From: a virus
Lineage: Duplodnaviria > Caudoviricetes
IMG/VR virus record: IMGVR_UViG_3300032319_001025
Span: 64,001-128,000 of that record
Strand: one strand, 5' to 3'
DNA: 64,000 nucleotides
A program made the translations under genes and the position numbers. Of the stretch, positions 19,571-29,712 are shown one piece after another (within the stretch, counting starts at the first letter, position 1; each line of letters starts with the position of its first letter). The notes beneath the pieces were generated by a model that was not told the DNA's origin, did not search any database, and saw only the letters and a program-made list of their open reading frames with translations.

Positions 19571-22500
19571 ATGTCGGTTAAACGAAGATTAAAATTTTAC
19601 AGCGGTATTCGTCTTGATATACCACATATTCGTTCGCTAGAATCATCTGTATCTTATGATTTCGATTCGGCTTTGCGTGGTGTTATAACTGGCATATCTA
19701 GTCCATATGTTGTTAGAGGTTTTGATTTTGTTAATGCAACTGGACTACAAGCATCCAATCTTCAAATCAATGTTGCAAATAGCGTTATCTTACATAGCAC
19801 CGCTAGTGAAAGCGGTACAATCTTACAAGTACCTTCAACAGAATCAGTTCAAACATTAAATGCTTTAAACTCTAATGTTATCGGATCATTTCAAAATGGC
19901 GTAATCAACTACGTAGCTTTAGATTACAGAAGAGTTACTGACGAAAACTCAATCGATCAAACTGCTGGATGGTCACCCTCTGAAAAAATAGAGTTTCAAA
20001 GAACAGTGCCCATTTCTTCGGTGCTTGAATATAAGTTTGTAATTACAACTTCTGGCTTCGGCAACCTTTTACCTTTATATATAGTCGGCGTTGATTCAAA
20101 TGGATTTGTAACTTTTGTCACAAACTCTAAGCCTTCTCTATTTAGACTTGGTTCAGGTGGAGCTAATCCTAATCCGTTTAATTCTTTTGCTTTTGGAAAC
20201 CTAACCAATCCACAATCAGGCAACAGAAGAGAATATATTTACACTGGTTCAAGCACTACAAATCCTGTAAGTGTTTCTCCTGGTGATGATGCTAATGCTT
20301 TTGATTATGGTGACTGGTCTATTCATTCATTAAAAGAATGGATGGATGCAGTAATGACCAGGTTTAAAGAAATAACTGGTTCTGCATATTGGTACATAGA
20401 TAGCAACTTACCTTATGGTCCTGCAAGTTCTTTAAGTTTAGCTAACGTTTGGTTTGATTCTGGCGCTGGATCAGTAATGACTGGTGCTGGAAATATTGCA
20501 TACAATTATGTATTGCAAGCTGACTTAGCTTCTGGTTGGTCAACAGGTGTAACGTCTGGTGATTCGTATATTAAAGGTTCTTTGTCTGGTGCTACTGCTG
20601 TATTAAACTCTGTAATAAGCGATGCGACTTACGATTATTTATTAGTAACTGATGTTATAGGTAGTTTTGATTACGGCACTCCAGAACCTATCGTTAATAG
20701 AAGAATATTTAGACATAATTCGAGCTTATTTAATTTAACTACTTTCACTAGTGGCGGCTCGAGATATGCAATTTATCAAAGAATTCCAGTTTCAACTGCG
20801 ACTACTGTTGCAGCTACATTAGCTTCTGGACCTGGAACAGATGAGTATACAGTTACTTCAGCAGGCCATGGTTTATCTAATGGTAATATAGTTTGCATTA
20901 TAAACGGTACAAATAAAAAAGTAGTTTACGTACAAAATGCTGCGGCCAATACCTTCACTTTTAAAACGAAATACTTAAATGGTGTTGCAGTAGGTGCAAT
21001 TACACTGGCTAAAGTAACAGCTCAAGTAGACCAAAGCAAACATCCTTTTAAGTATAACTACACTTCTGGTGCAAGTTTTGATTTAGAAGTTAAAGACGCT
21101 AGCCCAGAAGCATATAATACATTTGACATATCTGCAAGTGCTTATTCTCCAGTTGATTTTGTTTACTCAATTGGTTCTAGTAGTTTGCCTGCACCTATTG
21201 ATGGTTCCGGCCCTATTATTTTTGATGGTGAAGTAACAAGTTCAAATGTTTCACCAGTTGGTGATTTGCCAGCAGGCGCTACATCTAATCCATATAACGG
21301 CCCAGTAAGTTGGGATAGCGACATATACATTAAAGGTATTGTAGGCAATAGATATTTTAAAGTACCTTCAACTGCTACCGCAGACCCTGCTGGAACTGCT
21401 GACATTTACGGAGCTGGCACTGCTTACTTAGAAAATGGTGAAGTAGCCTATATAGTTTTAGATAGAAATCAACCCGTAAGTAGCAGTCAATTGTTTTCAT
21501 GTGTTGCTGGCGGCCCAATAGTCGGATCTTCTACGCCAGTTGATTCTAGTGGTAATCCATTAGTAGCTGGCGACTTTGTTAAGTTTGCAAACGAAAGCGA
21601 TCAATACTGGCTAAAAATTGACAGTATTATAGGAAATACAATAACTGTAGTAAACGACAGCGGCGGAGCAGTTTCAACATTACAAAGACCTGCTAATAGC
21701 GGAGTTCTTTTGTATTCTAAAGGTTCTTACAGTACTGTTTATGTTGCACCACATTGGCAAGTAAATGCTAGCATTGATACTTACTGGTTAGCAGTTAGAA
21801 GAGACTTCTCTGGTGTTTCAAAAGTTTACTTTAGAGCATTAGAATTACAGCCTGGTGAATCAAGAACTATAAATGATAATCAATCAAATAATATTTTGAT
21901 TTATACTGGAGCTGGAACTGAAGCCGCTACCTCGCCTAACTATAGTCAAATAGATAACGGCCAATGGAGTAAAACCCAAACTCTAAAACTTCAATCATCA
22001 AACGCTATTGATACTTACAGCAAGCAAATAAGCTTTGTTGCAGCACCAAATCTTGGCTTCCAAAAAGAAGATAAACTCCAAGATGCTTCGGGCAATTTAT
22101 ATACTATTGAATCACTATTAACTAGTAAGACTGTTATAGTTAAAGAAGACGTTTCTGCATTAGTTAGTGGTGCGACCATAACTTATTATAGAATTAACTA
22201 CGCTATTGGCGAATCAGATAATTTGACACTAGCTGCTAGAAAAGAAGACAGGGAACTTGCAAAAGTTAATACTGAACTTTCAAGACCTGTATACGATGAA
22301 TCTGTCTATGTTCAAGACATGCCTTTAACTCTAAATCCAGGTAAAAATCTTAAGTCTGGAAGTTTTGTATATATTGGTACTCAAAATGCTCCAACCGCAC
22401 TAGCTTGGGTATTGTATGGTACTAGTGCTCAAACAGAAACTATTGAAGGTTCTTCAATAACAATGCCTGGAGGTTCTGTTTTTGGTGCAGGTAATTCATT

Positions 22501-23557
22501 AGTTCATATTTATAGCTCTGGTACAAATGGTGGATTTACTCACGGCTCTACAGTTTATCAAAATGGCGTGGCAATAGGTACTGTTAATAATGTTGCAAAT
22601 CCTGATTTTACAGCCCCTGCCATTTTAGCAACAAACTCTGTTGAAATGGTTTTACCGCCAAATAGAAGAACACAGGTTGTTAATGGCTCTACTTACTTAA
22701 CTTGGCCATCTAATTCGTTCTACAGTAAAGGCGATAGCTATTTATCTGGAGAAGATTTATTAGTTATTGCTAACGATAGCATTAGAGAAGCTAATATTGA
22801 CTATACTGAGACATTTGGCGGACCTAAAGCTAAAATTAGGATTGATAGAGACTTACCAGCCAATACAAGAATCAGGTTTAGGTCTTTAGGAACAGTTGGT
22901 TCTCCAGTTCACTCGAGCGGTGCTGGTATTATCGATTTACAATCTTCTTATAGTGCTGGCAACACAATTAATACATCTCTTTCAAACCCAGTTACTGTTA
23001 CAGCGACTGGAGCTGATACCGCTATTTCATTGACTGGTAATTTAGAAATCAATGGTGGCGGAACTAACGGTATATTTGGTAACACCGATCAAAATTTTGT
23101 AATTGGCGATGAAACAAATAAGCCAGCAGAATCTTGGACAGCTAAAGAATTTGTAAAAACTCATGCAAACTGGGCTAGCTCAGCGTGGTCTAATAAAACA
23201 GCGGTTCAAGTAACAACTAACAGTTCTCCTACTATTGTAACAGGTTCTGGTATTACAGTTAACACCAGTACAGTTGTTAGAGTTTGCATGACTGCTGTTG
23301 GCAGATCGAATACCAGTACTGGATATGCCTCGTTTAGAATTGAAGGTATGTTTAAACGAGAAGCTGGAAACGTTGTAGCAATTGGTTCGCCGATTAGTAC
23401 TATTATAGGTCAAGAAAATGATGGTACTTCCACCTCATTTATTTTTGGCGTTATGAATCCCGATACAATTTACGGTATATTAATTGGTAATCCATCTGTT
23501 CAGTTTAACTGGGCAACAACTATTGAATGGCAAGCAGTTAAAGATAGTGCTCCTTAA
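19571..23557 (+). CDS. large baseplate/tail fibre structural protein
   Basis: 1328 aa, Ser/Thr/Gly/Asn-rich beta composition, position between wedge and fibres. Confidence 0.65.
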   Translation: MSVKRRLKFYSGIRLDIPHIRSLESSVSYDFDSALRGVITGISSPYVVRGFDFVNATGLQASNLQINVANSVILHSTASESGTILQVPSTESVQTLNALNSNVIGSFQNGVINYVALDYRRVTDENSIDQTAGWSPSEKIEFQRTVPISSVLEYKFVITTSGFGNLLPLYIVGVDSNGFVTFVTNSKPSLFRLGSGGANPNPFNSFAFGNLTNPQSGNRREYIYTGSSTTNPVSVSPGDDANAFDYGDWSIHSLKEWMDAVMTRFKEITGSAYWYIDSNLPYGPASSLSLANVWFDSGAGSVMTGAGNIAYNYVLQADLASGWSTGVTSGDSYIKGSLSGATAVLNSVISDATYDYLLVTDVIGSFDYGTPEPIVNRRIFRHNSSLFNLTTFTSGGSRYAIYQRIPVSTATTVAATLASGPGTDEYTVTSAGHGLSNGNIVCIINGTNKKVVYVQNAAANTFTFKTKYLNGVAVGAITLAKVTAQVDQSKHPFKYNYTSGASFDLEVKDASPEAYNTFDISASAYSPVDFVYSIGSSSLPAPIDGSGPIIFDGEVTSSNVSPVGDLPAGATSNPYNGPVSWDSDIYIKGIVGNRYFKVPSTATADPAGTADIYGAGTAYLENGEVAYIVLDRNQPVSSSQLFSCVAGGPIVGSSTPVDSSGNPLVAGDFVKFANESDQYWLKIDSIIGNTITVVNDSGGAVSTLQRPANSGVLLYSKGSYSTVYVAPHWQVNASIDTYWLAVRRDFSGVSKVYFRALELQPGESRTINDNQSNNILIYTGAGTEAATSPNYSQIDNGQWSKTQTLKLQSSNAIDTYSKQISFVAAPNLGFQKEDKLQDASGNLYTIESLLTSKTVIVKEDVSALVSGATITYYRINYAIGESDNLTLAARKEDRELAKVNTELSRPVYDESVYVQDMPLTLNPGKNLKSGSFVYIGTQNAPTALAWVLYGTSAQTETIEGSSITMPGGSVFGAGNSLVHIYSSGTNGGFTHGSTVYQNGVAIGTVNNVANPDFTAPAILATNSVEMVLPPNRRTQVVNGSTYLTWPSNSFYSKGDSYLSGEDLLVIANDSIREANIDYTETFGGPKAKIRIDRDLPANTRIRFRSLGTVGSPVHSSGAGIIDLQSSYSAGNTINTSLSNPVTVTATGADTAISLTGNLEINGGGTNGIFGNTDQNFVIGDETNKPAESWTAKEFVKTHANWASSAWSNKTAVQVTTNSSPTIVTGSGITVNTSTVVRVCMTAVGRSNTSTGYASFRIEGMFKREAGNVVAIGSPISTIIGQENDGTSTSFIFGVMNPDTIYGILIGNPSVQFNWATTIEWQAVKDSAP

Positions 23558-23566
23558 TAGGTATTT

Positions 23567-24724
23567 ATGGGTATTTTAAGTAAAATTAAAGGTTTTATAA
23601 AGTTATCAGAAGTTGCAGCTGATAGTGCTCAAACTTTATTGGATACCTCTGTAAACCAAGATGCTAATACCGTTATTATTCAAACCGCAAGCGCACTTGA
23701 AGATGCTTTAAGAAAACAAAGCTTATTGTTACTTTCTACTGGAAATGTAACTTGGGCATCTAACAAAATTACACCAGATGTTGGTGTAGATATGACTGTT
23801 AAGCTTTTTCAAAACTCTAACGGTCAAACTATCAACTTAAATTTAAGCTATGCAAATTTCTCATCTGGAGTTTCATTGCCAAACGATGGGGACGTTCTTT
23901 ATTTAGAATTAAACCGAAGCCTATTAACATCTGGAACTATTAGTATATATAATGGTGGTGGAAGCACTGGACAAAGAGCTGTGGTAGGCTCTGGAATGCC
24001 GCCTTTGGTAAACAATCAATCTGGCGGATTTCAAGGCACTATCTGTATTCCTATTGCTGTTAGACAAGGAACTAATCTTTGGTGGGTGCCTAGTAATTTT
24101 TATTGGGCTACAGGAACTGTTGGTACTTTAGGCACACCTGGTTCTACTACTGCTGTTCCAGTGGGTAGTGTTTTTTCTTTTGCTGGTTCCGTAACACCTA
24201 CAGGGTATCTACTCTGTAATGGCGATATTATACCCAACGGAGTTGGTACGGTTCAAGGAGTAACTGCAAACTGGAGTGCTTTATACGCAGTTATTGGCTC
24301 TACATACGGAGTAGCAGGGCAATTACCTGATATGCGAAGAAGAGTCGCTATGGGTGCTGGTGGCTCAGGAACTGGGACTATCGGGAACGCTATTGGTAAT
24401 ACAGGTGGCGAAGAAAACCACACTTTAACTGCTTCTGAATTAGCCAGTCATACCCATACTGGTAGCAATCAATATGTAAGAGTTGGGCCAAACAATGTTT
24501 CGCCGCCAACACCAGGACAGACATTTCTTCAATACGGTTCTGTTCCTACATGGACAGCAAACTGGTACAATAGTGGCGGTGGTGGTGGAACTGGCTCTCC
24601 TAGTGATAAGGGTGTTTTTGTTCAGGGCGCATCGGATGATTACACTCAAAAACTACCAAATGGAGCTTCTGGGCATAATAACATTCAACCTTCTTTAGTT
24701 TTAAATTATATTATTAAGGCTTAA
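23567..24724 (+). CDS. tail fibre protein with phage tail collar domain
   Basis: 'VPVGSVFSFAG..TPTGYLLCNG...ALYAVIGSTYG...LPDMR', 'GGEENHTLT..EL.SHTH', 'HNNIQPSLVLNYIIK'. Confidence 0.85.
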   Translation: MGILSKIKGFIKLSEVAADSAQTLLDTSVNQDANTVIIQTASALEDALRKQSLLLLSTGNVTWASNKITPDVGVDMTVKLFQNSNGQTINLNLSYANFSSGVSLPNDGDVLYLELNRSLLTSGTISIYNGGGSTGQRAVVGSGMPPLVNNQSGGFQGTICIPIAVRQGTNLWWVPSNFYWATGTVGTLGTPGSTTAVPVGSVFSFAGSVTPTGYLLCNGDIIPNGVGTVQGVTANWSALYAVIGSTYGVAGQLPDMRRRVAMGAGGSGTGTIGNAIGNTGGEENHTLTASELASHTHTGSNQYVRVGPNNVSPPTPGQTFLQYGSVPTWTANWYNSGGGGGTGSPSDKGVFVQGASDDYTQKLPNGASGHNNIQPSLVLNYIIKA

Positions 24725-24726
24725 TT

Positions 24727-25716
24727 ATGGCAGAGATTAAAACAGAAAAAATTAGAGTTGGTTCAGGAGATTTAACTTCCAGTACTTATTCTACTATTTC
24801 TTCAGGGACTGCTGCGCCTAGCGGTGGAAATGACGGGGATATTTATTTTAGGGTATCAAATTCAAGTTCGGATATTTATTTTAAGCGTGGTGGATCTTGG
24901 CTTTCTATATCTACAAATTTTGCTACATCAACATTAAATAATCTTATTGCACCAACTGCTATCAATGCCAGTTTATTATTTGGTTTTGATGGCGGTGCAG
25001 ATATCGGTGCTTCTGGGGCAAGCAGACCTAATAATGTTTATGTTAAAAACAGTATTAACTTGAATAGCTTAACTGCAAGTTCTTTATTGCAAACTGATGG
25101 GTCTAAAAACTTAGCGTCACTAGCAAATGGTACAAATGGTCAAATAATGACCATAGCATCTGGTGTACCATCATGGCAAAATCCTCCTGCTACTGCTGTT
25201 CCAACTGGTTCTGTAATAACATATGCTGGTACTAGTGCTCCTACTGGTTGGTTATTATGTAATGGAAATACAGTTCCGAATGGAGTAGGTACTGTTCAGG
25301 GTGTAACTGCAGATTTTAGTGCTTTATATGCAGTAGTTGGATCTACTTACGGTGCTGCTGGTAAATTACCGAATTGCCAAGGCGTATTTGTTCGGGGTAA
25401 CGGCACTCAAACTATAGGGGCCAAAACTTACACAGGAACACTTGGTACTTATCAAAACGATACTACGGCCATAAATGGAATAAGCATGGCAAGCGACGGA
25501 GATCATTTCCATCAAATTTTATGGAACACTTCTTTAGGCGGGCCAGCAAGAAACGGTCAAGTTGTAACTAACGTCGCAAATACACAATATGTAAACTCAG
25601 GAATCCCCGACAACACAAATATTATCGCAAATGCGGGAATCCACACCCATACCTTAACAGGAGATTCTGAAACTAGAGCGGCAAATCTTGCTTTAAACTA
25701 TATCATTAAATACTAG
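24727..25716 (+). CDS. tail fibre protein with phage tail collar domain
   Basis: 'VPTGSVITYAG.SAPTGWLLCNG', 'LPNCQGVFVRG', H-x-H motifs, 'ETRAANLALNYIIKY'. Confidence 0.85.
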   Translation: MAEIKTEKIRVGSGDLTSSTYSTISSGTAAPSGGNDGDIYFRVSNSSSDIYFKRGGSWLSISTNFATSTLNNLIAPTAINASLLFGFDGGADIGASGASRPNNVYVKNSINLNSLTASSLLQTDGSKNLASLANGTNGQIMTIASGVPSWQNPPATAVPTGSVITYAGTSAPTGWLLCNGNTVPNGVGTVQGVTADFSALYAVVGSTYGAAGKLPNCQGVFVRGNGTQTIGAKTYTGTLGTYQNDTTAINGISMASDGDHFHQILWNTSLGGPARNGQVVTNVANTQYVNSGIPDNTNIIANAGIHTHTLTGDSETRAANLALNYIIKY

Positions 25717-25719
25717 TTT

Positions 25720-26166
25720 ATGATCAGCAAAGACGAAATTTTAATGGGTAGAGATAAGCAATATCCTGATGAATACACTGAAGAAATATCCAATAACGTT
25801 GATCAGTTATTAGAAATAATGAATCAAGTCCGTAAAGCTTATAATAAGCCTATGATAGTAGCCTCTGGCTGGAGACCTTCCGCAATTAATGAAGGAACAT
25901 CTAACGCAGCTAAGAATTCTAATCATTTAAAAGGTCTTGCAGTAGATATTAAAGATACGGATGGAAGTCTTTGGAAATGGGTCCTAATGAATTTAGGGCT
26001 AATGAAAAAATTAGGGATATATTTTGAAGACAAGAGATGGACCCCAACTTGGGTTCATTTTCAAATTGTACCACCTAAGTCTAAAAAAAGAATCTACGTA
26101 CCTTCAACCGCACCTGCTAAAGCTGAGGATATTTGGGACGGGAAATACGATCCAAAATATAATTAG
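25720..26166 (+). CDS. endolysin, peptidase M15 (Zn D-Ala-D-Ala peptidase fold)
   Basis: 'SGWR', 'SNHLKGLAVDI' (SxHxxGxAxD) and 'WVHFQ' zinc ligands. Confidence 0.85.
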   Translation: MISKDEILMGRDKQYPDEYTEEISNNVDQLLEIMNQVRKAYNKPMIVASGWRPSAINEGTSNAAKNSNHLKGLAVDIKDTDGSLWKWVLMNLGLMKKLGIYFEDKRWTPTWVHFQIVPPKSKKRIYVPSTAPAKAEDIWDGKYDPKYN

Positions 26167-26168
26167 CT

Positions 26169-26387
26169 ATGTATCGAACAATCGAAAGCTGTCGAGCTGT
26201 CATCCAAAAATATTTGGGTAGATATGGAACTTTGGCACCGCATGAAGCCGAAGAACTAGAAAGAGCCTACCAGGAAATAAAGGATATACAGAAAAATTGT
26301 ACACATAGTTTTAACGAGTTTACATGCTTTTCATCTAAAATAATGCAGTGTAAATATTGTATGCTTAAAATGGATGATTACGGCTGA
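26169..26387 (+). CDS. hypothetical protein (Cys/His-containing)
   Basis: 72 aa, last + strand gene before the convergent junction. Confidence 0.55.
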   Translation: MYRTIESCRAVIQKYLGRYGTLAPHEAEELERAYQEIKDIQKNCTHSFNEFTCFSSKIMQCKYCMLKMDDYG

Positions 26388-26614
26388 TATTTAATATTCA
26401 GTTTCTTTTCTATTACTTTAAGTCTTGCTTCAATCAATTCAGCCCTAATTCTTTTGATTATCATCCATCGATGGTTAAAATCCATTTCCTCTTGGATTTT
26501 TCTTATATTATATAAAGCTGTTATATTAAATAACACCGAAATCAATAAGCCAATATATAAAAAGTTGCTTCCTATCCTAGTTCCTTTAACCTTCTTGTTC
26601 TTTTTATTTGACAT
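26378..26614 (-). CDS. single-TM membrane protein
   Basis: Basic N-terminus, hydrophobic segment, short coiled coil. Confidence 0.6.
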   Translation of the reverse strand: MSNKKNKKVKGTRIGSNFLYIGLLISVLFNITALYNIRKIQEEMDFNHRWMIIKRIRAELIEARLKVIEKKLNIKYQP

Positions 26615-26622
26615 TTTTTAAA

Positions 26623-26847
26623 TCAATCCTGCTGATCGTTTTCTCTTTCTTTAATTACTGATTTTTCAACACCCCTTAAAGCTCTTAGCTCAATTGAAGA
26701 TAATACAAAATCCCAAGTTCCTTTTGGCATATCTTTTGGACGTTTTTCCACCGCTTCTCTGCAGTATCCAGCTATCTCTTCCAAACAAGATTGAAGTTCT
26801 TTTACTAGTTCTTTATTAGTCATTTTAACTCCATATTTAATCTTCAT
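26623..26847 (-). CDS. hypothetical protein
   Basis: Packed - strand ORF; true start is likely the internal MTNKEL after GGAG. Confidence 0.6.
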   Translation of the reverse strand: MKIKYGVKMTNKELVKELQSCLEEIAGYCREAVEKRPKDMPKGTWDFVLSSIELRALRGVEKSVIKERENDQQD

Positions 26848-27106
26848 AAACCATTCTGAATTTTAAATCTTCTTCGTATTCAAAATGATTAAAATTGTCT
26901 ATTCTAAGCCTACCAGAGCTATTGCTTTTATTGATATATTCTACTAATACCGATTTATCTAACGGATGATGTTTTTCTTTAAATTCTTTCCATGAATACC
27001 AGCCGTCGGCTTCTTTTAATCCGCAATACAAGCTTTGACATTCGTATTTAACACTAGTAAACAATGCATCTACTTTCATTTGAGATGAACATATTTGGCA
27101 TTTCAT
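26837..27106 (-). CDS. hypothetical protein with N-terminal zinc ribbon
   Basis: CxxC...CxxxxC; GAGGT RBS. Confidence 0.65.
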   Translation of the reverse strand: MKCQICSSQMKVDALFTSVKYECQSLYCGLKEADGWYSWKEFKEKHHPLDKSVLVEYINKSNSSGRLRIDNFNHFEYEEDLKFRMVYED

Positions 27107-27126
27107 AAATACCTCAATATATACTT

Positions 27127-27321
27127 CTATTTATTGTAATCCAGCCATTCATAAACCCATGGCTTTTTCCAACTTTTATCAACTTCAAATCTTCCTAAAA
27201 CTATACTAAGAGCATCTTTATATATGTCTTCTGTGTAAGGAACATTGTTTTCTTTGCAGTATTCCATAGCCAATTCTTGGGTCAGGTCCTCAATAGATTC
27301 AGTGATTTTACCGTTAGCCAT
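27127..27321 (-). CDS. hypothetical protein
   Basis: GGAG RBS, 64 aa. Confidence 0.6.
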   Translation of the reverse strand: MANGKITESIEDLTQELAMEYCKENNVPYTEDIYKDALSIVLGRFEVDKSWKKPWVYEWLDYNK

Positions 27322-27493
27322 ATACTACTCCGTTAATTCATTCTAGGCTCAGAATCTTTGTAAAGACCTTCTTTTACGCTTCTCGGTAGAGACTCAAAAT
27401 TATAATAAAACAAAAAATAACTAAAAACACTTTAGTTTTAAAAATCATTGATTATTTTGTGATCTAATTCATACCAATTTGTTTTTTTAACTT

Positions 27494-27754
27494 TTATTGC
27501 CATAAGGCCTCTTCAACTTTTACTTTTAAATTTCCTGCGCACACACCTTGGTGCCATACGGCGTATAACGCTTCTTTTATTTTTTCGTTTTCTTTTAAAA
27601 GCCGTTCTGCAAGTTCTGTGTCTTTTTGACCTTGTTCGTAGCCAGCCTCAAACATGGCAATTTCACATCCGGTTGGCGCTTTTAAAGTTGGAAAAAATTT
27701 AGCCAGACTGTTTTGCCAAAATTCAACAGCTTTATTTTTTACGTCGTTTTCCAT
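27494..27754 (-). CDS. hypothetical protein
   Basis: 86 aa, overlaps upstream gene. Confidence 0.6.
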   Translation of the reverse strand: MENDVKNKAVEFWQNSLAKFFPTLKAPTGCEIAMFEAGYEQGQKDTELAERLLKENEKIKEALYAVWHQGVCAGNLKVKVEEALWQ

Positions 27755-28151
27755 GTTTTAACCCTTTTTTAAAAGTTTTTTGTTTTTTATTAATTTTATG
27801 TTTTTTACTTAAAACTTTTTTAAGCGTTAAAAACAGGTTTTTTAAGTCCCATTTTAATGTAACAAGCGGGGCATAAAACAAATTAATAGTTTTGTTTATA
27901 AAGCCAGTCTTTAACATAAAAGGGTTATAAAACCTAGAAAGACCATTTTTTGCTTGCCACATGCCAACAAGCAAACCTTGAACATTTTTAGGGTTGCTAT
28001 AAAAGCAATCGCTTTTATTATTTTTAAAAATAGATTTTAATTGACTCCAAAATTCATCGCTAGTTAAAAACTCGTTTTCTTCTTTGTGGGCCAAATAAAT
28101 GCCGGTATATTTGTATATGTAACTTTTTAATTTTAAAATTACTTTTTTCAT
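27732..28151 (-). CDS. hypothetical protein
   Basis: 139-aa basic ORF in operon. Confidence 0.6.
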   Translation of the reverse strand: MKKVILKLKSYIYKYTGIYLAHKEENEFLTSDEFWSQLKSIFKNNKSDCFYSNPKNVQGLLVGMWQAKNGLSRFYNPFMLKTGFINKTINLFYAPLVTLKWDLKNLFLTLKKVLSKKHKINKKQKTFKKGLKHGKRRKK

Positions 28152-28207
28152 TATTATAACTTCCTGTTTACTTTATAATGAACAGCTTGTTACAGTGAAC
28201 AGTGGTT

Positions 28208-28954
28208 TCATCTGTTTTCCATATTTTTTAATAGTTTACCGCTAAGTACGGCTGTTGCTTGTGATGTGCCAGTTAAAGGTTTACCGTTTTGATCTTCTAC
28301 CCTCTCGCCTAAAGCCCAGTTTGTAACTGCGTGACCATAGTTAGAATGGCCCATTTTCTTACCTTCTGCGCTTAAGCTGCCAACTACGTAAAGGTTTTTA
28401 TTAGGCTTTAAACAAGCTGGAAAAAAGTTACATTTTTCATCTAAATTTGAACCATTGTTACCAGCAGCCACTACAACCTTGATATTTGAACTAAGAGCTT
28501 TCTTAACAACTTGATCTTCGCTAAGGCTGTAGCTTTCACCGCCACCACTAAAATTTATTAGGGCAGCTTTTAATTCAATTGCGTATTCAATTCCTTGAAG
28601 TTCTTTTCTTAAGTTACTAGAGAAAAAAAGTGATGTGGACAAATAATATTTAACTGAAAGAATACAGTATTTTTTCTTGTTAAAGCTTTTAATGATTTGC
28701 CAAGCAACGTTAGTTCCGTGACCGTTATAGTCAAAAAGACCTTCTCCAGTGTAATCTCTGTGACCATTAACACAAAGGTAAGGTGTAACTTTATTATCTT
28801 TAAAGTTAATACCAGTATCAAGAACTACAACTGGGATTCTTTTGTCGGTAAATTTTGACAGATAAAGCATTTCGGTTGCTTGATCGTTATCAAAAGCAAA
28901 TGAAACATTGGTTAATGTTAGGATTATTAGTAATGCTAATTTAACGTTTCCCAT
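28208..28954 (-). CDS. exported subtilisin-like serine protease (S8)
   Basis: Triad motifs VVVLDTG, GHGT, GTSQATA and oxyanion AAGN; start reassigned to ATG 28954 giving signal peptide MGNVKLALLIILTLTNVSFA. Confidence 0.85.
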   Translation of the reverse strand: MGNVKLALLIILTLTNVSFAFDNDQATEMLYLSKFTDKRIPVVVLDTGINFKDNKVTPYLCVNGHRDYTGEGLFDYNGHGTNVAWQIIKSFNKKKYCILSVKYYLSTSLFFSSNLRKELQGIEYAIELKAALINFSGGGESYSLSEDQVVKKALSSNIKVVVAAGNNGSNLDEKCNFFPACLKPNKNLYVVGSLSAEGKKMGHSNYGHAVTNWALGERVEDQNGKPLTGTSQATAVLSGKLLKNMENR

Positions 28955-29501
28955 TCTTAAGTCCCTTCCTGAGTATGAATATATCATACAGGGACTTTTT
29001 AACAATTTCAAGTGGGAAAGGCAGCGATTTTTTAAGTAAATCTACGATTTTATTAACTTTTTTAAGACTTCTAGACTCTACTTCAATAAATACCCTCTTA
29101 TCGTTAACTACTTGATATACGCTGACATTTGTATCAAACCTGTCTAAAAATAATACAGTATATCTTTTCTTTAAGTTTTTCGGCTTCTTACCGTATTCTG
29201 CTGTTTTAAGCTTAATAGCTTGGTCTACATCAATCACATCTAGGTCGATTTCTAGTCTATCTAGATTATCGCCTTTATCGCACTTTTTAACGGTCATTTG
29301 ACCTTTGCCTTTTTTACTCTTCTCCATTTGTCTTACTCGGACAAAATCTACTGCTGGAGCTGGCCAATAATAATCAGTTCTTTCATCAGTAATAGTATGA
29401 ATAGGTTTAAATAGGTTTCTGCAAAAGTCGTCAATCTTCTTTAAACTATTGCAACCTTTAACTAGTAGCTTTACTTCTATTTCCCTATTCTTGTATCCCA
29501 T
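28941..29501 (-). CDS. CYTH / triphosphate tunnel metalloenzyme (class IV adenylate cyclase-like)
   Basis: EIEVK (ExExK), RVRQ, TVKK, EID, KKRY, FIEVE motifs. Confidence 0.8.
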   Translation of the reverse strand: MGYKNREIEVKLLVKGCNSLKKIDDFCRNLFKPIHTITDERTDYYWPAPAVDFVRVRQMEKSKKGKGQMTVKKCDKGDNLDRLEIDLDVIDVDQAIKLKTAEYGKKPKNLKKRYTVLFLDRFDTNVSVYQVVNDKRVFIEVESRSLKKVNKIVDLLKKSLPFPLEIVKKSLYDIFILRKGLKNGKR

Positions 29502-29709
29502 TAACAACCTTCTCTAGTTCAGCCATTGTAGCTTTAAGTTTTGTTAATTTTTTACTTAAATCATTATTGATTGCAATTAATTTCTTATAATTATTAATAG
29601 CATTAGAATAGTTATATTTAACAATATCGTCTTTTAATCCATGGGCAAAGGTACGGGCTATTTCAATATCCTGAGTTACTTCTCCAATTTGTGATACTAG
29701 TTTATCCAT
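29485..29709 (-). CDS. hypothetical coiled-coil protein
   Basis: 74 aa in operon. Confidence 0.55.
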   Translation of the reverse strand: MDKLVSQIGEVTQDIEIARTFAHGLKDDIVKYNYSNAINNYKKLIAINNDLSKKLTKLKATMAELEKVVNGIQE

Positions 29710-29712
29710 AAG

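Noticed and set aside
6243-24698. Antisense/alternate-frame ORFs inside tail genes (e.g. 6243-6830, 13300-13704)
   Set aside because: Shadow ORFs from codon bias, nested in well-supported genes, with no motifs
23567-25716. DGR or invertible fibre cassette
   Set aside because: Differences are not adenine-specific, both genes share one orientation, and no invertase or crossover repeats were seen
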